Shown here in pieces: positions 63,846-64,000 of a stretch of 64,000 bases of DNA. A model generated the notes under the pieces. The model made no database searches, was not told the DNA's origin, and saw only the letters and a program-made list of their open reading frames with translations. Origin of the DNA: Leucoraja erinacea (taxonomy: Eukaryota); the NCBI RefSeq assembly GCF_028641065.1, contig NC_073405.1:14756001-14820000 (forward strand). The letters run 5' to 3'. Made by a program: the position numbers and the translations under genes. How positions within the stretch are numbered: the first letter of the stretch is position 1; each line of letters begins with the position of its first letter.

Positions 63846-64000
63846 TCCAACTCAGGGGCGCTGCTGCAGCCCCCAGTGCGTGCTGGCAACTCACCAGCAG
63901 CAGTGCAGCAGAGAAACCGAGTGTGCTTTTGAAAGCTACTGCAACGGAGTGAGCCCTGCCTGCCCGGACTCTTCTCCCAAAGAGAACCACACCCTCTGCC
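63846..64000 (+). CDS. ADAM10: ADAM10-like exon 12, disintegrin domain, truncated by the window end (SPTQGRCCSPQC...CNGVSPACPDSSPKENHTLC)
   Basis: Aligns to SPSQGPCCTAQC...[20 protein letters not shown]. Confidence 0.95.

Overview
Eukaryotic (vertebrate) genomic DNA. The repeat content (HE1/V-SINE-like SINEs, CR1/HER1-type LINE tails, Penelope-like elements) suggests a cartilaginous fish, probably a skate or ray; this is an inference. Two multi-exon + strand genes could be assembled by hand from splice sites and reading-frame phase. (1) The 3' part of a divergent SAFB-family (scaffold attachment factor B) gene: 13 exons from 788 to 34079, covering the RRM, the R/E-rich coiled coil and the Gly-rich tail. 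It appears to lack several canonical SAFB exons. (2) A catalytically intact ADAM10-like metalloprotease gene: exons 1-12 from 38840 to beyond 64000, with one GC-AG intron, a 10-aa loop deletion and a paired-cysteine loss in the disintegrin domain. The pair resembles the SLTM-ADAM10 linkage in human and may be a retained ohnologue block. Introns are full of nested transposons: Penelope elements with minimal hammerhead ribozyme motifs, Rex/L2, RTE, CR1, Tc1, and Tigger- and Harbinger-like MITEs. A CpG island upstream of ADAM10-like is split by a SINE+Penelope insertion. RFX X-box-like motifs, candidate intronic promoters and a possible antisense spliced transcript are flagged. Most short ORFs in the track are spurious.
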